Part shown: positions 63,396-64,000 of the stretch, piece by piece
Position numbering within the stretch: the first letter of the stretch is position 1
Layout: each line of letters starts with the position of its first letter
Origin: Antedon mediterranea
Lineage: Eukaryota > Animalia > Echinodermata
Direction of reading: 5' to 3'
Assembly (NCBI RefSeq): GCF_964355755.1
Contig: NC_092674.1
Coordinates: forward strand, 11,656,001-11,720,000
DNA: 64,000 nucleotides
Translations under genes and position numbers: made by a program
The notes under the pieces: model-generated
Told to the model about the DNA's origin: nothing
Databases searched by the model: none
The model's input: the letters and a program-made list of their open reading frames with translations, nothing else

Positions 63396-63575
63396 GACCG
63401 AGTGGTCTAATGGTTAGGACATCTGCATATCAAGCAGGCGGTCCGAGTTCGAGTCTCGGTTGGGGCGACTTTTTCTCATTCTCACTGATTTCCTCATCTT
63501 TATCGTTTCAAATTAATTAAATTTCAGTATATCACCGGGCGGTTTCGAATTAATGTTCATTGCCTAATGTGTTTA
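63396..63575 (+). mobile_element. tRNA-derived SINE within (TA)n
   Basis: TGGTCTAATGG A-box, GAGTTCGAGTC B-box, TA repeats on both sides. Confidence 0.75.
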
Positions 63576-63795
63576 TATATATATGAGATAAAATAATGTT
63601 GCAAACAACTAACTATACTAGATAAAACTATGAATTATTATATGAATATAATAGTAGAAGATAATGTTACATAAGAAGCAAAGCATTATTAAAGTAGAAA
63701 TATACATTCATAAAGAAAATTATATGTGTATATTAACAATTTATACTTAAATTCAATGTGTATAAAATATAATACCATAAGAAAATTATAATTAC

Positions 63796-63860
63796 TAGAG
63801 GGTGAGCTCGCTTCGCTCGCTCCCCCTCTAGGAAGTGTAGACGATGGTTCTCGGAATGAT
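63796..63860 (-). mobile_element. Helitron 3' end (related family)
   Basis: A|CTAGAGGG..GCTCGCTTCGCTCGC..CCCTCTAGG hairpin and GATGGTTCTCG. Confidence 0.55.
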
Positions 63861-64000
63861 AAAACTGTTCTCCTTGTAAGTTTTCTGTCGGTTACCATTA
63901 TTAAAAATGCTTGACTTTCGTAAAACTAAACTACTCTGTTTCACAGTGTTTTAGATGATTAATAACATTTTAAAGTATAGTATTTATTGTTTTGTAGGGT

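Noticed and set aside
63396-63470. Functional tRNA genes here and at 26338, 62860, 63190, 6940 and 4664
   Set aside because: Imperfect acceptor stems or anticodon loops, truncation, and shared non-tRNA bodies indicate SINE heads

Overview
AT-rich, intron-containing animal genomic DNA, not prokaryotic. The repeat families and ST6GalNAc-III-VI-type sialyltransferases suggest a marine invertebrate deuterostome, possibly an echinoderm (inference only). Four host genes were reconstructed exon by exon with GT-AG junctions and consistent phases. (1) Mitochondrial methionyl-tRNA synthetase (MARS2; - strand, 10 coding exons in 594-10168, 3' end outside the window). (2) A GT29 ST6GalNAc-like sialyltransferase, copy A (- strand, 27195-42712). 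(3) A galactose-3-O-sulfotransferase (+ strand, 49837-54337). (4) A second ST6GalNAc-like paralogue, copy B (- strand, 58665->61190). The rest is nested mobile DNA: a 7.7-kb Mutator/Foldback-like palindrome with two inverted arrays of a 106-bp satellite just 5' of MARS2, an Academ-like long-TIR element carrying RTE and L2 inserts, a full-length but mutated Tx1/L1 LINE with a 25-bp TSD, non-autonomous Helitrons, tRNA-derived SINEs, MITEs and minisatellites. The most notable items are a Penelope-like element whose inverted pLTRs each carry a minimal type I hammerhead ribozyme directly behind the stop codon of sialyltransferase A, the Foldback-like palindrome that may supply or split the MARS2 5' end, and the sialyl/sulfo-transferase cluster with polybasic C-terminal tails. 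All family assignments come from motif recognition, not database searches.
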